64,000 nucleotides of DNA from Oceanispirochaeta sp. Its GTDB lineage: Bacteria > Spirochaetota > Spirochaetia > DSM-2461. The notes beneath the pieces are model-generated. The model searched no databases, was not told the origin of the DNA, and was given only the letters and a program-made list of their open reading frames with translations. The DNA lies in contig CAXXXD010000003.1 in NCBI GenBank assembly GCA_963663385.2, positions 1,280,001-1,344,000 of the forward strand. The letters run 5' to 3'. Positions 18,809 to 29,181 of this stretch are shown one piece after another. Numbering within the stretch: the first letter of the stretch is position 1; every line of letters starts with the position of its first letter. Made by a program: the position numbers and the translations under genes.

Positions 18809-20389
18809 GTGAAAACCGGACCTTTTGCAGGAAGAACTATCGGTGTTGTAGATGACCTATCCAGGGATGAACAGTTATATCTGTATAAAAAGACAGCGGA
18901 ACTGAAAAAAAAGTACCTGAATAATGAAGACGTTTCTGAATTCAGGATTGTTGACCCTGATATGTCAGCCTATCTGATTTTTATGGAAAACAGCACCAGA
19001 ACGAAGGAATCCTTTCGTAATGCGGCTCAGTTCCATGATATCAAGTTGAATATTTTTGATGCCCAGGGATCATCATTCAGCAAGCAGGAAAGCTTTCTTG
19101 ATACTATTAAAATGCTTTTCGGATACAGTAAAAGATCTATTTTTATAATGAGGACAGGCGAAGAAGGCGTCTGCCGGGTGCTTGATGAGGAACTGGATCT
19201 GTATGCCCAGAAAACCGGTTATGATAAAGCAGCTTTCCTGAACGGCGGAGACGGCAAACATGAACATCCCACACAGGAGTTCCTGGACGAGTTTACCTTT
19301 CTTGAAAAGAAGAACTGGGATAACAGCGAGATTCATATTGTTTTGACAGGAGACCTCTATCACGGGCGAACGGTTCACTCCAAAGTAGCTGGACTTAAAA
19401 TATTCAATAAAGTAAAAGTGGATCTGGTAGCTCCTCCCGAACTGGCCATGCCTGACTACTATGAACGTCAAATGGAAAGCAACGGATTTGAAGTCAGAAA
19501 ATTTTCCTCCATAGAAGAATACCTTGAGCAGGATGATATTTCAGAAATCTGGTATTTTACACGTCTCCAGCTGGAACGGATGGGCGATAAGGTGAAAGAA
19601 AAAGAACAACAGCTGCGTTCAGCTGTAACTTTTCGTGAGGACTTTCTTGATAGAATCCCTTCTACTTCCAAATTCTACCACCCCCTTCCCAGACATAAAG
19701 TTTATCCTGTAATACCGGGTTTTCTGGATCACACATCCTTCAATGGATGGGATGAGCAGAGCATCAACGGTTTCTTTACGAGAACCATTGAGATCGCCAT
19801 GGTGGGGGGTAAGCTGGGAAACGATTTTACAGGTGAAACAATCCTTCCTGCAAAAGCAGATAAGAACTTTATTGAACCGGTAGAGATAAAGCGTAAAACA
19901 CGTGTGGAGGACAAGTATAAAGTTGGAATTAAACCTGTGGATCACGGGATTGTGATCGATCATATAGGAAAAGGGGAGGATCAGGAGACCATCTGGAATA
20001 TGGTGGATAAAATCCGCCGTATTCTAAAGCTGAACTGCCGCAGTTCCCACGGGGTATTTCATACGGACAACGGTACAACATTCAAAGGAATCATCTCTCT
20101 GCCGGATATATTGGAGTTGGATAAAACTGATATTAAGAAACTGGCCGCTGTTGCCCCGGGCTGTACCCTGAATATTATTGCAGATCAATCAGTCAGAGAG
20201 AAATACCGCCTCCATATGCCTCCTAAAATCTACAACTTTGATGAAATCTCCTGCAAGAACGAAAACTGTATATCCCATCCGGATAAATATCAGCATGTTA
20301 TTCCCAGCTTTACAAGATCGGAAGAGTCCCGTTTTGTCTGTAAATACTGCGAAAAAAGCTACTCCTTCAACGAAATCTGGGATATATAG
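18809..20389 (+). CDS. pyrBI: Aspartate carbamoyltransferase, fused catalytic and regulatory chains
   Basis: ENSTRTKESF, HEHPTQ, GDLYHGRTVHS, FYHPLPR; C-terminal PyrI part GIVIDHI, CKNENCIS, CKYCE. Confidence 0.92.
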   Translation: MKTGPFAGRTIGVVDDLSRDEQLYLYKKTAELKKKYLNNEDVSEFRIVDPDMSAYLIFMENSTRTKESFRNAAQFHDIKLNIFDAQGSSFSKQESFLDTIKMLFGYSKRSIFIMRTGEEGVCRVLDEELDLYAQKTGYDKAAFLNGGDGKHEHPTQEFLDEFTFLEKKNWDNSEIHIVLTGDLYHGRTVHSKVAGLKIFNKVKVDLVAPPELAMPDYYERQMESNGFEVRKFSSIEEYLEQDDISEIWYFTRLQLERMGDKVKEKEQQLRSAVTFREDFLDRIPSTSKFYHPLPRHKVYPVIPGFLDHTSFNGWDEQSINGFFTRTIEIAMVGGKLGNDFTGETILPAKADKNFIEPVEIKRKTRVEDKYKVGIKPVDHGIVIDHIGKGEDQETIWNMVDKIRRILKLNCRSSHGVFHTDNGTTFKGIISLPDILELDKTDIKKLAAVAPGCTLNIIADQSVREKYRLHMPPKIYNFDEISCKNENCISHPDKYQHVIPSFTRSEESRFVCKYCEKSYSFNEIWDI

Positions 20390-20403
20390 AAAACCAGACT
20401 CAC

Positions 20404-20436
20404 AAAAAAAATCCCGGTATCAACCGGGATTTTTTT
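20404..20436. terminator. Bidirectional terminator
   Basis: A8-TCCCGGT-atca-ACCGGGA-T7 between convergent pyrBI and PBP1A. Confidence 0.85.
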
Positions 20437-20453
20437 GTGACTACCATAAGGGG

Positions 20454-22988
20454 CTAATCCAGCAGGTAGGTGTTTTCGCTCTCCGCCTTGGTATTTGAAA
20501 AAGGATCGTCCAGAAGGAAATCCATCATTCCCGAATCAATTTCATCGTAACCGGCATCTGTATTATCACTGAAGGGATCCTCAAGCAATTCCACACCGGG
20601 TACTGAGATCATCTGTGTAGCGAAATCAGAAACAAATTTCTGATTCAGGGTTTCCTTTCGGGTATCTTCAAAAGAGTGAATAGAACAGTAGCTATGAGGT
20701 TCGGTACCGGCAAGAAACAGCTCAGTTGTTGTCCCGTCCGTACAATGATCTGTCGGGATCTCTCCGGAGACAACACACACTTCCCGTTCAACAAGTCCCG
20801 TAGAGGGGCGTGTGAACTCTTTTACAGGGAGCTGGCTGTTAATATATGCCATATATTCTCCCCATACCCAGGATGCCGCGGTTGCACCAGTCTGGTTTAC
20901 CCCCAGAGAACTTCCTCTCTGGTCAAAGCCAACCCACATGGCAGTCGTGTAATAAGGTGAAAATCCCGCGGTCCAGGCATCTGCCCAGTTCTGTGTAGTC
21001 CCTGTTTTCCCTCCCATGGGCATCCGGTCAAAACCGTCAACATAGCGGGGAAGATGCCTCAGTGTCCCTATTTGAGTGGTAGAGTGGAGCAGGTCCACCA
21101 TAATATAGGCTTCCGCTGGAGTCATTATCTGCAGGTCTTCATCCTTCTGCCGATCCCGTAGTTCCCTTTCCGGATTAAGAATAATATCCCTGTTCCGATC
21201 CTCCACATAACGAATGGCGATAGGTTCTACAGCTTTACCCTGATTGGGGAAAGTGGCGAAGGCACGAGCTATACGAATCGGAGCAATAGTAATAACCCCC
21301 AGTCCGAGGGGAAACAATCGCGGAAATCGCCGGCCTATCTCTACAGGGTCCGAAATTCCCAGAAGACGCGAAGCCCGATTAATGGCTGCTTCAAAACCAA
21401 TACCTTCCAGAACAGTAATGGAAGGTACATTCATGGAGGTTGCCAGGGCTTCCCTAAGCAGTACACTGCCTTTCCATTCTCCCTTATAGTTCATGGGAGT
21501 ATAGGTAGATCCGTCAGGATTTCGGAAAACCTTCGGTCCATCATAGATCCTTGTAGCCGGAGTAAATTTTCTGGATGATATGGCAGCGGAATAGTAGAGA
21601 GGTTTAAATACCGATCCGGGCATTAGCTCCCCATCGACAGCACGGTTAAACTGGTTGGTCCGGCTGAATTCGCTTCCTCCAATCATAGCCATAATATACC
21701 CGGTGTTGTTTTCCAGGGTAATCAATGCCGATTCTACTGTAGACTGCTGTGTCTTTTTTAATGAATTGTTGTAGGAATACTGAGACAGATAATTCAGATT
21801 ATCCAGACCGAATACCAGAGATATCACATCCATAACAGGATTGATATCCTCATAGAACTCATCCTTTGCCCTGATCCGCTCCTGAGAACCGGCTATACGG
21901 ATATCTTCAATATTGAAAGCAAGCGACAGAAGATCAATAACAGGGACATACTGCTCATCCACAACAGTCATACGGTTCCCGATATTTTCCTGATACCGCT
22001 TATTCCAGGTAATCAGACCCTTGGAAATCAGTTCATCCGCTTTCTGCTGATAATCCAGATTCAAAGTGGTATAGACACTATAACCGTCACGATAGATATT
22101 CTGTTTTCCGTATAGCATTTCATCCAGTTCGGTACGGATATACTCACTGAACCAGGGAGCCAGATCCTCCCTGTCAAAAAAAGCAGTTGTCTGGTTATCC
22201 CTGGACCAGTCATAGCGATTGTTCCAGTAGTCGGTCATGGTCAGATCGGCGTCTGTTTGAAACAGGTAACCGTTTTCCACCATCTGACTGATAATCTCAC
22301 TTTGTACTTTTCTGGCTTTTTCGGGATAACGGATAGGGGAGTAGAGGCCGGGACGGACAAGCTGAATGACAAGCATCACCGATTCTGCAACAGTATTATC
22401 TACAGCAGAGTGTCTGAAAAAGAACTTGGAAGCAGCTTCCACACCGTATGTATTGTGCCCGAAAGGCATCTTATTAACATACATTTCAAGGATTTCGTAC
22501 TTTGTAAGCTGTCTTTCAAGCTGGAACGACCACCAGAGCTCTTTGAGTTTACGGGTTACAGAAATATCGCTACGATCGGCATAAAGACGACCGGCCAGCT
22601 GCTGAGTAAGCGTACTGCCTCCGGAAAAATACTGGCCGGTAATAATTTTCACTACGGCACGGAGAGTACCGTATAATGAAAATCCGTTGTGTTTGAAAAA
22701 TGTGCTGTCTTCTCTTGTAATAAGGGCATAGATAAGACTTTCGGGGAGATCGTTGATAGAAACGATCTCTCTTTTTTCATCGGAAAAGAACTCTGTAATA
22801 AGGTTCCCGTTTATATCCAGGATTTGGGAAGGAAGAGCCGGATTATCTTCTCCGAAATTCTCCATATTCTGTATATTATGATTGATAGCCAGCATCAGTC
22901 CTGTACTGATACCGACACCAATGGTTATCACTGTTAAGAAAGATAAAAAAATCACTAAGATCAGTTTTCGATTTCCGGAAAAATTCAT
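20454..22988 (-). CDS. mrcA: Penicillin-binding protein 1A (bifunctional transglycosylase/transpeptidase)
   Basis: N-terminal TM, EDSTFFKHNG, GGSTLTQQL, RKLKE, SVFK (SxxK), SMN, KTGT. Confidence 0.9.
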   Translation of the reverse strand: MNFSGNRKLILVIFLSFLTVITIGVGISTGLMLAINHNIQNMENFGEDNPALPSQILDINGNLITEFFSDEKREIVSINDLPESLIYALITREDSTFFKHNGFSLYGTLRAVVKIITGQYFSGGSTLTQQLAGRLYADRSDISVTRKLKELWWSFQLERQLTKYEILEMYVNKMPFGHNTYGVEAASKFFFRHSAVDNTVAESVMLVIQLVRPGLYSPIRYPEKARKVQSEIISQMVENGYLFQTDADLTMTDYWNNRYDWSRDNQTTAFFDREDLAPWFSEYIRTELDEMLYGKQNIYRDGYSVYTTLNLDYQQKADELISKGLITWNKRYQENIGNRMTVVDEQYVPVIDLLSLAFNIEDIRIAGSQERIRAKDEFYEDINPVMDVISLVFGLDNLNYLSQYSYNNSLKKTQQSTVESALITLENNTGYIMAMIGGSEFSRTNQFNRAVDGELMPGSVFKPLYYSAAISSRKFTPATRIYDGPKVFRNPDGSTYTPMNYKGEWKGSVLLREALATSMNVPSITVLEGIGFEAAINRASRLLGISDPVEIGRRFPRLFPLGLGVITIAPIRIARAFATFPNQGKAVEPIAIRYVEDRNRDIILNPERELRDRQKDEDLQIMTPAEAYIMVDLLHSTTQIGTLRHLPRYVDGFDRMPMGGKTGTTQNWADAWTAGFSPYYTTAMWVGFDQRGSSLGVNQTGATAASWVWGEYMAYINSQLPVKEFTRPSTGLVEREVCVVSGEIPTDHCTDGTTTELFLAGTEPHSYCSIHSFEDTRKETLNQKFVSDFATQMISVPGVELLEDPFSDNTDAGYDEIDSGMMDFLLDDPFSNTKAESENTYLLD

Positions 22989-23033
22989 AGTCTAAAAGTA
23001 CGTGTCACATGCCTCTTTGTCAAGGCAGTCAGG

Positions 23034-24026
23034 CTAATGTAATTTTTCCATCAGAATTTCCGGAATCATGGTAATCCTGAAAGAATCCTGCATCTCCGCA
23101 TTGAACTCACGGCTTAACTGATAATCACCGAATTCAAAACGAATGCTGTGTATACCCGGTTGTATTTCTATAAAGTCTGACATTGATTCATTATCTATAC
23201 GTTTTCCATCCAGAAAGACAGTCATCCCTTTTACCGTATCTATTTTAAGGGTGGGATACTGCAGCTGAAGTATATGATTGAGAACCAGATTTTCACCGGG
23301 GGAAAGAGAAAACTGAAGGCTCTCTTCCAGTCCGGAATCAGACCGGATAATAAGAGTATGAAATCCGGCATCGAAAATAACAGGGTTTGATAAATCATCA
23401 ATGATTTTCCCGTCAACCTGATAATACAGAGCTTCATCTACAGGGTTCCCTTGATTATCCAGGATTTTTAAAGACATGGTGCCTTTGTTGAAATAGACAG
23501 GTGAAACGGAGAAATCTATCTCAGCAGAATATACACTGTCCGGAATTCCCTTGGTTATGGGTAGAATCGTAACAAGTAGAGGAAAGTCTTCCTGCCTGTT
23601 ATTTTCCATAACAATGAAGGAGGAACGGTCAGGAGACATGGTATGGTTTGCGGAAAGGGGAATCAGAAAATTCATACTCTTTTCAAAATCCATAAAACGC
23701 ATATATGCCTGGGTTCCCTGGTAGGACATATTATCTGAAGAGGGTTCCTGATTCAGTTTCTTATATATGTATAACGAAAAACTGTTTCTGTACAAACTAA
23801 GCGAATCAGGACCCGATATGGTTATACGCAGTCCCTGAACAAGGGGGGATAGGGTATCGGGAAGCTTTATCCCGACAAGAGATTCAATTTTCGAAGAAAC
23901 GGATTGTGATGAATACCCGTCAAATTCAATTATCCCCTCAACAGGCCCCCTGATATTTTCAGATACAGCGGCAAAGGGACTGAGAAAAATCATCAATATC
24001 AGAAACAGAAACTTCTTCTTTATCAT
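23034..24026 (-). CDS. Exported hypothetical protein with C-terminal PEGA-like domains
   Basis: Signal peptide; VFLDGK...IQPGIHSIRF beta-sandwich pattern; ATGA-coupled to the upstream gene. Confidence 0.55.
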   Translation of the reverse strand: MIKKKFLFLILMIFLSPFAAVSENIRGPVEGIIEFDGYSSQSVSSKIESLVGIKLPDTLSPLVQGLRITISGPDSLSLYRNSFSLYIYKKLNQEPSSDNMSYQGTQAYMRFMDFEKSMNFLIPLSANHTMSPDRSSFIVMENNRQEDFPLLVTILPITKGIPDSVYSAEIDFSVSPVYFNKGTMSLKILDNQGNPVDEALYYQVDGKIIDDLSNPVIFDAGFHTLIIRSDSGLEESLQFSLSPGENLVLNHILQLQYPTLKIDTVKGMTVFLDGKRIDNESMSDFIEIQPGIHSIRFEFGDYQLSREFNAEMQDSFRITMIPEILMEKLH

Positions 24027-24916
24027 TTCCCACTCTTGGTAAGTAAATTCTCCGGATTCTGGGGAGATCCGTTTTTTCTTATTTCAAAATGAAGATGGGG
24101 ACCTGTTGAATAACCGGTATTACCGGATTGCCCGATAACCTCACCCTCCTGGATTTCCTGTTCAGGATGAACGAGTATGCGACTCAGGTGCCCATATATG
24201 CTTGTATAGCCGTTTCTATGTTGTATTATAACGAATTTACCATAATCTTCCAGTTCCCCGGAAGATAAAATTCTCCCGTCTGAACAACTTTTTACTAAAG
24301 TTCCAACTGGAGCACGGTAGTCGGTCCCCACATGAAGCTCCCACTGGCCGGTAAAGGGGTGATCCCTGTACCCATAGGGAGACGTTATATAAAGATCATC
24401 CAGGGGAGGCAGAAAAAGGTGTTTCACAAATCGCAGACGCATCTGATCAGGCAGATACGCTCCCGAATAGTAGCGGATACTCTTTTTTTTATCATTAATA
24501 GTAAGTGTAATTACAATAGAATCTTTGCCTTCCAGTGTATCAGCCAGCTGTTTCTGCCAGTTTGATTCCTTATCGGTATCAAAATAGATTCCGGGAGCGG
24601 AAGGGATTATAAGAACCTGACTGGTGGTAAAATCATGTATGTTTTCAAAGTTATTCAGAGTGGCAATAGAATCAATTGTCAGATTGAATGCAGCGGCCAG
24701 CTGGATTAAAGTGTCATCTTCATGGGGAATATATTTATAGATCGTTAACGGTGGGGCTGGTATATTGCGGGCCTGATTGTAATACCAGCTTTCTGTTTCC
24801 TTCTGCTGCTGCCTGAAAAGCGGATCCCGGAATGCACTGGTTTCGCGTATAAGAGGATACTCTGCATAGAGAGATGACAGTAATATAAAAAAAAGGAGAC
24901 CCGTAACCGTTTTCAT
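24023..24916 (-). CDS. LysM/M23 family peptidoglycan endopeptidase
   Basis: LysM-like DTLIQLAAAFNLTIDSIATLN; M23 motifs HVGTD, YGHL, GYSTGPHLHFEIR. Confidence 0.88.
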   Translation of the reverse strand: MKTVTGLLFFILLSSLYAEYPLIRETSAFRDPLFRQQQKETESWYYNQARNIPAPPLTIYKYIPHEDDTLIQLAAAFNLTIDSIATLNNFENIHDFTTSQVLIIPSAPGIYFDTDKESNWQKQLADTLEGKDSIVITLTINDKKKSIRYYSGAYLPDQMRLRFVKHLFLPPLDDLYITSPYGYRDHPFTGQWELHVGTDYRAPVGTLVKSCSDGRILSSGELEDYGKFVIIQHRNGYTSIYGHLSRILVHPEQEIQEGEVIGQSGNTGYSTGPHLHFEIRKNGSPQNPENLLTKSGK

Positions 24917-25740
24917 TTAATAAAATCCAGAAAATGATCGGGAACAGCTTTTTTTCCGCCTCCGATTCCCAGTTTTCTGTCCTTTCTGTTTTCTCCATGG
25001 TAATCAGATCCGCCAGTTACAAACAGACCAAGATTTTCTGCCAGCTTCTGAAACCGTTTCCCCTGATTCTCATTAACCCCTGAGTGCCAGGCTTCGATTC
25101 CCTCAACTCCCATCTCCTTCCACAGGGCAAAACGTTCCGGCATTTTTCCCCAGGAAAGGTATAGAGAGAGAGGATGAGCTACTACGGCATAACCTCCGGC
25201 TGCTTTGATCAGCCGTATCCCGTCTTCCAGTGCCATTACCTTCTTTGGCACATAATACTTCTGCTCAACACCAAGGAATTTATCAAACGCATGACGCATG
25301 CTTTTGGCAACTTTTTTTTCAACAAGCAGTTTGGCAAAATGGGGACGGGCGATAATCCTTCCGCCGGCTGTTTGATTCAACTCCTCTTCAGTTAAATCAA
25401 TCCCGTCATTCTGAATAAGCCGGATCATTTCTGAATTTCTGCTGTTTCGATAATTCCTTAATGTGCCCAAGGTCCTGTCCAGAGAAGAATTCTCCCATTT
25501 ACCAATCCCAAGCCCCAACAGATGAAATTCACCGGGTTGATGCTGAATTTCCAACTCGATCCCCGGTATGAATCTTATCCCGCAGGTTGAAGCGGCCTGT
25601 TCAGCTTCCTTCAGGCCATCCAGTGTATCATGGTCAGTTAAGGCAATGGCAGATAAAGGGATGGTCGAAGCTATATGAATTAATTCTCCAGGAGTACAGG
25701 TACCATCTGATTTTGTGGAATGAGTATGAAGATCTATCAT
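24913..25740 (-). CDS. PHP-domain phosphoesterase (TrpH/YciV-like)
   Basis: IDLHTHSTKSDG, ALTDHDT, GIELE, VAHP, TGGSDYHG. Confidence 0.88.
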   Translation of the reverse strand: MIDLHTHSTKSDGTCTPGELIHIASTIPLSAIALTDHDTLDGLKEAEQAASTCGIRFIPGIELEIQHQPGEFHLLGLGIGKWENSSLDRTLGTLRNYRNSRNSEMIRLIQNDGIDLTEEELNQTAGGRIIARPHFAKLLVEKKVAKSMRHAFDKFLGVEQKYYVPKKVMALEDGIRLIKAAGGYAVVAHPLSLYLSWGKMPERFALWKEMGVEGIEAWHSGVNENQGKRFQKLAENLGLFVTGGSDYHGENRKDRKLGIGGGKKAVPDHFLDFIK

Positions 25741-25897
25741 AAGGGAAGCATAGTCAGATTATTTTGGAAATTCAAGAATGGGAATAATCTGTTTTTTTAT
25801 TAAAAGCTGTTCATTAAGATGAAAGAGCATAAATATGATTGACACACAAGAGTACAAGGAATTAATATTCAAGTAAGCAATAATCCTAGGAGATATA

Positions 25898-26857
25898 ATG
25901 CCCCCCAAAGCTATCAATTACAAAGCTAACTCCATCGTTTACTTTAAAGGGGATTCGGGAGAGAATGTTTTTATCCTCCAGAAAGGGCAGGTCTCTTTAA
26001 ATTATCAGGATATTCAAACCGGGCAGGATATGCATGATTTTGTTCAGACCGGTGAGTTTTTCGGTGTTAAGGCAGCTTTCGGAAAATACCCGCATGATGA
26101 AACGGCTGTCGTTCTTGTAGATTCCACGATTATTCAGTTTTCAGTTGAGGATTTTGAACAACTTCTTTCAACAAACAACAGAGTTATAATGAAAATGCTG
26201 AAGGTTTTTTCCAATCAGCTTCGTCGTATACATAAACAGGTTCAGAATCTACTCTCAACAGAGGAACAGCATGATTCGGAAAAAGGTCTATTCTCTGTCG
26301 GTGAGTACTATTTCAACAATAAGAAATATAAGCAGGCTGCCGATGCTTTTCGCCGATACCTAACTTACTATCCCAACGGACGATTTGAATCGGAAGTTCG
26401 AAAAAAAATGGAATATGCTGAACTCCGGAAAAATGAGGAGAATGAATCTTCCCGGGAAACCGAACCGGCTGTTTCTGTGGTTCAGACAAAGAAGTTTACC
26501 ATGGAAGAGGCGTATAGACTAAAAGGGAACGGTCAATATGCCGAGGCGTTTAACACCTTTATCAAATCTATCCAGTATAATCCCGACATCAGACTTGAGG
26601 CAGAATTCGAGGCTGGTGTATGCCTTTTAGAGCTGAAAAAACCGGATGATGTAATTAAACACTTTACGGGTGTATTAAAAAGAAATCCCGCCCATAAGAA
26701 GATGGGAGAATGCCTATATTACATCGGCAAATCCTATCTATCCAATAAAGATACAGTGAAAGCCAGGAGTTTTCTGATGAAATCAGTTTCCCTGCTACCG
26801 GATGGAACTCCGGAGCAGCGGGACGCACAAATGCTTGTTAGCCAGATAGGAGACTGA
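25898..26857 (+). CDS. Cyclic-nucleotide-binding domain plus TPR repeat protein
   Basis: cNMP fold (IVYFKGD, FILQKGQV, GEFFG) followed by TPRs (YFNNKKYKQAADAFRRYLTYYP). Confidence 0.8.
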   Translation: MPPKAINYKANSIVYFKGDSGENVFILQKGQVSLNYQDIQTGQDMHDFVQTGEFFGVKAAFGKYPHDETAVVLVDSTIIQFSVEDFEQLLSTNNRVIMKMLKVFSNQLRRIHKQVQNLLSTEEQHDSEKGLFSVGEYYFNNKKYKQAADAFRRYLTYYPNGRFESEVRKKMEYAELRKNEENESSRETEPAVSVVQTKKFTMEEAYRLKGNGQYAEAFNTFIKSIQYNPDIRLEAEFEAGVCLLELKKPDDVIKHFTGVLKRNPAHKKMGECLYYIGKSYLSNKDTVKARSFLMKSVSLLPDGTPEQRDAQMLVSQIGD

Positions 26858-26862
26858 TATTT

Positions 26863-27525
26863 ATGGCACTTGATCTGTCTGTATTCAACCGATTTGCAGT
26901 TACTTTCAAAGCAGGAGATGTAATTTTCTGCGAATATGAACCGGGAGACTCGTTTTACCTGATTCAGGCCGGGAAAGTAAAAATCGTCAAAATTTTCGGT
27001 GACATTGAAAAAACCATAGATATTATGCATCCCGGCGAATTTTTCGGAGAGATGGCACTTTTGGAAGAAGCTCCCAGAAGTGCGACAATCATTGCCGTGG
27101 AAGAAACAAAACTTTTGGAATTCAACCGGGAAAACTTTGAAATATTAATGAAAGGGAATCCTCAGATTGCTCTGAAGCTTCTTAAACTGTTTTCAAAGAG
27201 AATTTATGATCAGAAAAGGCGTTTTCAGATCCTGACGCTGGAAGATCAGCATGCCAAGATAGCTGATGTGTTTTTAATGCTTGCGGAAGGACAGACACCT
27301 ACGGAAGAAGAGGAAGAATCCGGGAACAGGACATTTCCTAATTCCATAGATGATATCGCACACTGGGGAGGAATATCTCCGGCAAAATGCCGTGCCATAC
27401 TGGAACATTTTGCCTCTCAGAGACGGGTGGAGATATTTAACGACCATATTTTTGTAAAGAACATTAATGATTTTAAGAGATTTGTTTCTTCAAGCAGAAA
27501 GAAACAGGAAAAAACAGAAAATTAA
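26863..27525 (+). CDS. Crp/Fnr-family cyclic-nucleotide-binding regulator
   Basis: FYLIQAGKVKI, GEFFGEMALL..PRSAT, C-terminal HTH-like region. Confidence 0.85.
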   Translation: MALDLSVFNRFAVTFKAGDVIFCEYEPGDSFYLIQAGKVKIVKIFGDIEKTIDIMHPGEFFGEMALLEEAPRSATIIAVEETKLLEFNRENFEILMKGNPQIALKLLKLFSKRIYDQKRRFQILTLEDQHAKIADVFLMLAEGQTPTEEEEESGNRTFPNSIDDIAHWGGISPAKCRAILEHFASQRRVEIFNDHIFVKNINDFKRFVSSSRKKQEKTEN

Positions 27526-27540
27526 TCCCTCTTTTCCTGA

Positions 27541-27909
27541 TTAATTAAACCTTTTTAAAAAAGCCAGCTCTTTCTCAATCTCTCCTTCGTTGGGAGTATT
27601 CAGTTCAAGAAGCCGACGCAGGTGAATCATACTGTCCAGATCTATTTCATTAAAATAGAATCCCAGTTTTCCGCCTTCCCGATGTACAAGCATGGCAATG
27701 GTTTTTATTTCGATATCTGTTGATGCCAGTTTTATTCTCAAATCATAGGACTCTTCCATTTTTAGAGACTCGGCATCTGATTCAACAAGTAATCCCTTTA
27801 ATGAAATATTGAGTATTTTAAAAGACAGCTGGGTTTTATCTTCCAGGTTAATATAACCATGTGTTTTAAAATCAGCTCTGTAGAATTTTCTATTATCCTT
27901 TGAATCCAT
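27541..27909 (-). CDS. PilZ-domain c-di-GMP receptor
   Basis: RKFYR (RxxxR) and NISLKG (N/DxSxxG), HLRRLLELN tail. Confidence 0.85.
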   Translation of the reverse strand: MDSKDNRKFYRADFKTHGYINLEDKTQLSFKILNISLKGLLVESDAESLKMEESYDLRIKLASTDIEIKTIAMLVHREGGKLGFYFNEIDLDSMIHLRRLLELNTPNEGEIEKELAFLKRFN

Positions 27910-28050
27910 ACTATCTTTTCCCCTTATGCCTTAATTATTGTTTCATTTGGATAAACTGTCAATTTATCAGGGGGGAATTTATTTCCTGTATACTATTATA
28001 GCTTTGATACTTGATCATCTGATAGAGTGACATCACTATTATCAATAATT

Positions 28051-28092
28051 AAAAGAACTTCAACAGTAACCTGCAACTGTTGAAGTTCTTTT
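28051..28092. repeat. Perfect 17-bp inverted repeat
   Basis: AAAAGAACTTCAACAGT-aacctgca-ACTGTTGAAGTTCTTTT. Confidence 0.9.
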
Positions 28093-28130
28093 CCATAAAT
28101 CTGCAGAATAAAACGATTCTTGCCTTATAG

Positions 28131-29180
28131 ATGAATGTCGGTTATCATTTTGTTAACGTACACGCAAAAACGGAAATGAAAATGCTGTTTTATAAAAAGA
28201 TTATAGGAGTCCTTATTCTCGTTCTTGGAATCTCCGGTATCATCATTGTAATTAAGATTTCTGATTCACGGACCAAACAGGAAGAACCTGCCAATGAAAA
28301 GCTGATTCTGGGTTTTTCCCAGATAGGCGCTGAAAGTGCATGGAGAGGGTGCAATTCCCAATCTATCAAAGCGGCGGCTGAGAATGCGGGTATTCAGCTT
28401 CTGTTTGAGAATGCCGAACAGAAGCAGGAAAACCAGATTAAGGCGATACGGTCCTTTATCGCCTATCAAGTGGATGTCATCGCCTTTGTCCCCATTGTGG
28501 CCGATGGCTGGGACAATGTGCTCAAAGAGGCGAGAAATGCCGGAATACCTGTTTTGGTGACCGACAGAAAAATAAAGACTGCTGATGAGAAGCTCTATGC
28601 GGGCTTTATCGGAACCGACAGTGAACAGGAAGGACGTGAAGGCGGTCAATTTCTTTTGAAGAAATTCCGTGAACGGCCTGACGGGAAAACAGTGAAAATC
28701 ATCGAAATCAGCGGAACCGAAGGATCTTCGGTGGCAGAAGGACGTGCCAGTGGATTCCGTCAGATAATCGGCGACGATCCCATGTTCGATATAGTCTATA
28801 GTGTCTCGGGTGATTTTCTACGTTCCAGAGGTTACGAAATTATGAGGGATATTCTGAGTGAACAACAGAGGATAGATGTTTTATATTCCCATAACGACGG
28901 AATGACCCTCGGGGCTATTGATGCCATGAAAGAAGTGGGAATCAAGCCCGGTGGGGATATCGTTATCATTACTATTGATGCAGAACAGGCAGCGATAGAC
29001 GCCCTCAAAAAGGGTGAGGTGAATTGCGTCATTGAGTGCAATCCCAAGACAGGCCCGGCGATCCTTACACTGGCGACCAAACTGGCTCAGGGAGAAATGA
29101 TTCCGCGGCTTCAGCATGTATTTGAAAAAGTCTTTACCGAATATGACGACTTATCGTCCCTTGAACCCAGGGGATACTGA
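28131..29180 (+). CDS. Sugar ABC-type substrate-binding protein (YtfQ-like), co-transcribed with the sensor kinase
   Basis: GFSQIGAESAWR, QKQENQIKAIRSFI, GWDNVLKEA, HNDGM, IECNP; true start may be a downstream Met. Confidence 0.85.
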   Translation: MNVGYHFVNVHAKTEMKMLFYKKIIGVLILVLGISGIIIVIKISDSRTKQEEPANEKLILGFSQIGAESAWRGCNSQSIKAAAENAGIQLLFENAEQKQENQIKAIRSFIAYQVDVIAFVPIVADGWDNVLKEARNAGIPVLVTDRKIKTADEKLYAGFIGTDSEQEGREGGQFLLKKFRERPDGKTVKIIEISGTEGSSVAEGRASGFRQIIGDDPMFDIVYSVSGDFLRSRGYEIMRDILSEQQRIDVLYSHNDGMTLGAIDAMKEVGIKPGGDIVIITIDAEQAAIDALKKGEVNCVIECNPKTGPAILTLATKLAQGEMIPRLQHVFEKVFTEYDDLSSLEPRGY

Positions 29181-29181
29181 A

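Noticed and set aside
18809..20389. PyrB-PyrI fusion as a novelty
   Set aside because: Already known from Thermotoga and Treponema.
27910..28130. Expected att duplicate of tRNA-Thr at the far end of the sugar cluster
   Set aside because: No match to the tRNA 3' end was found and no integrase is present, so the cluster is not called a mobile element.
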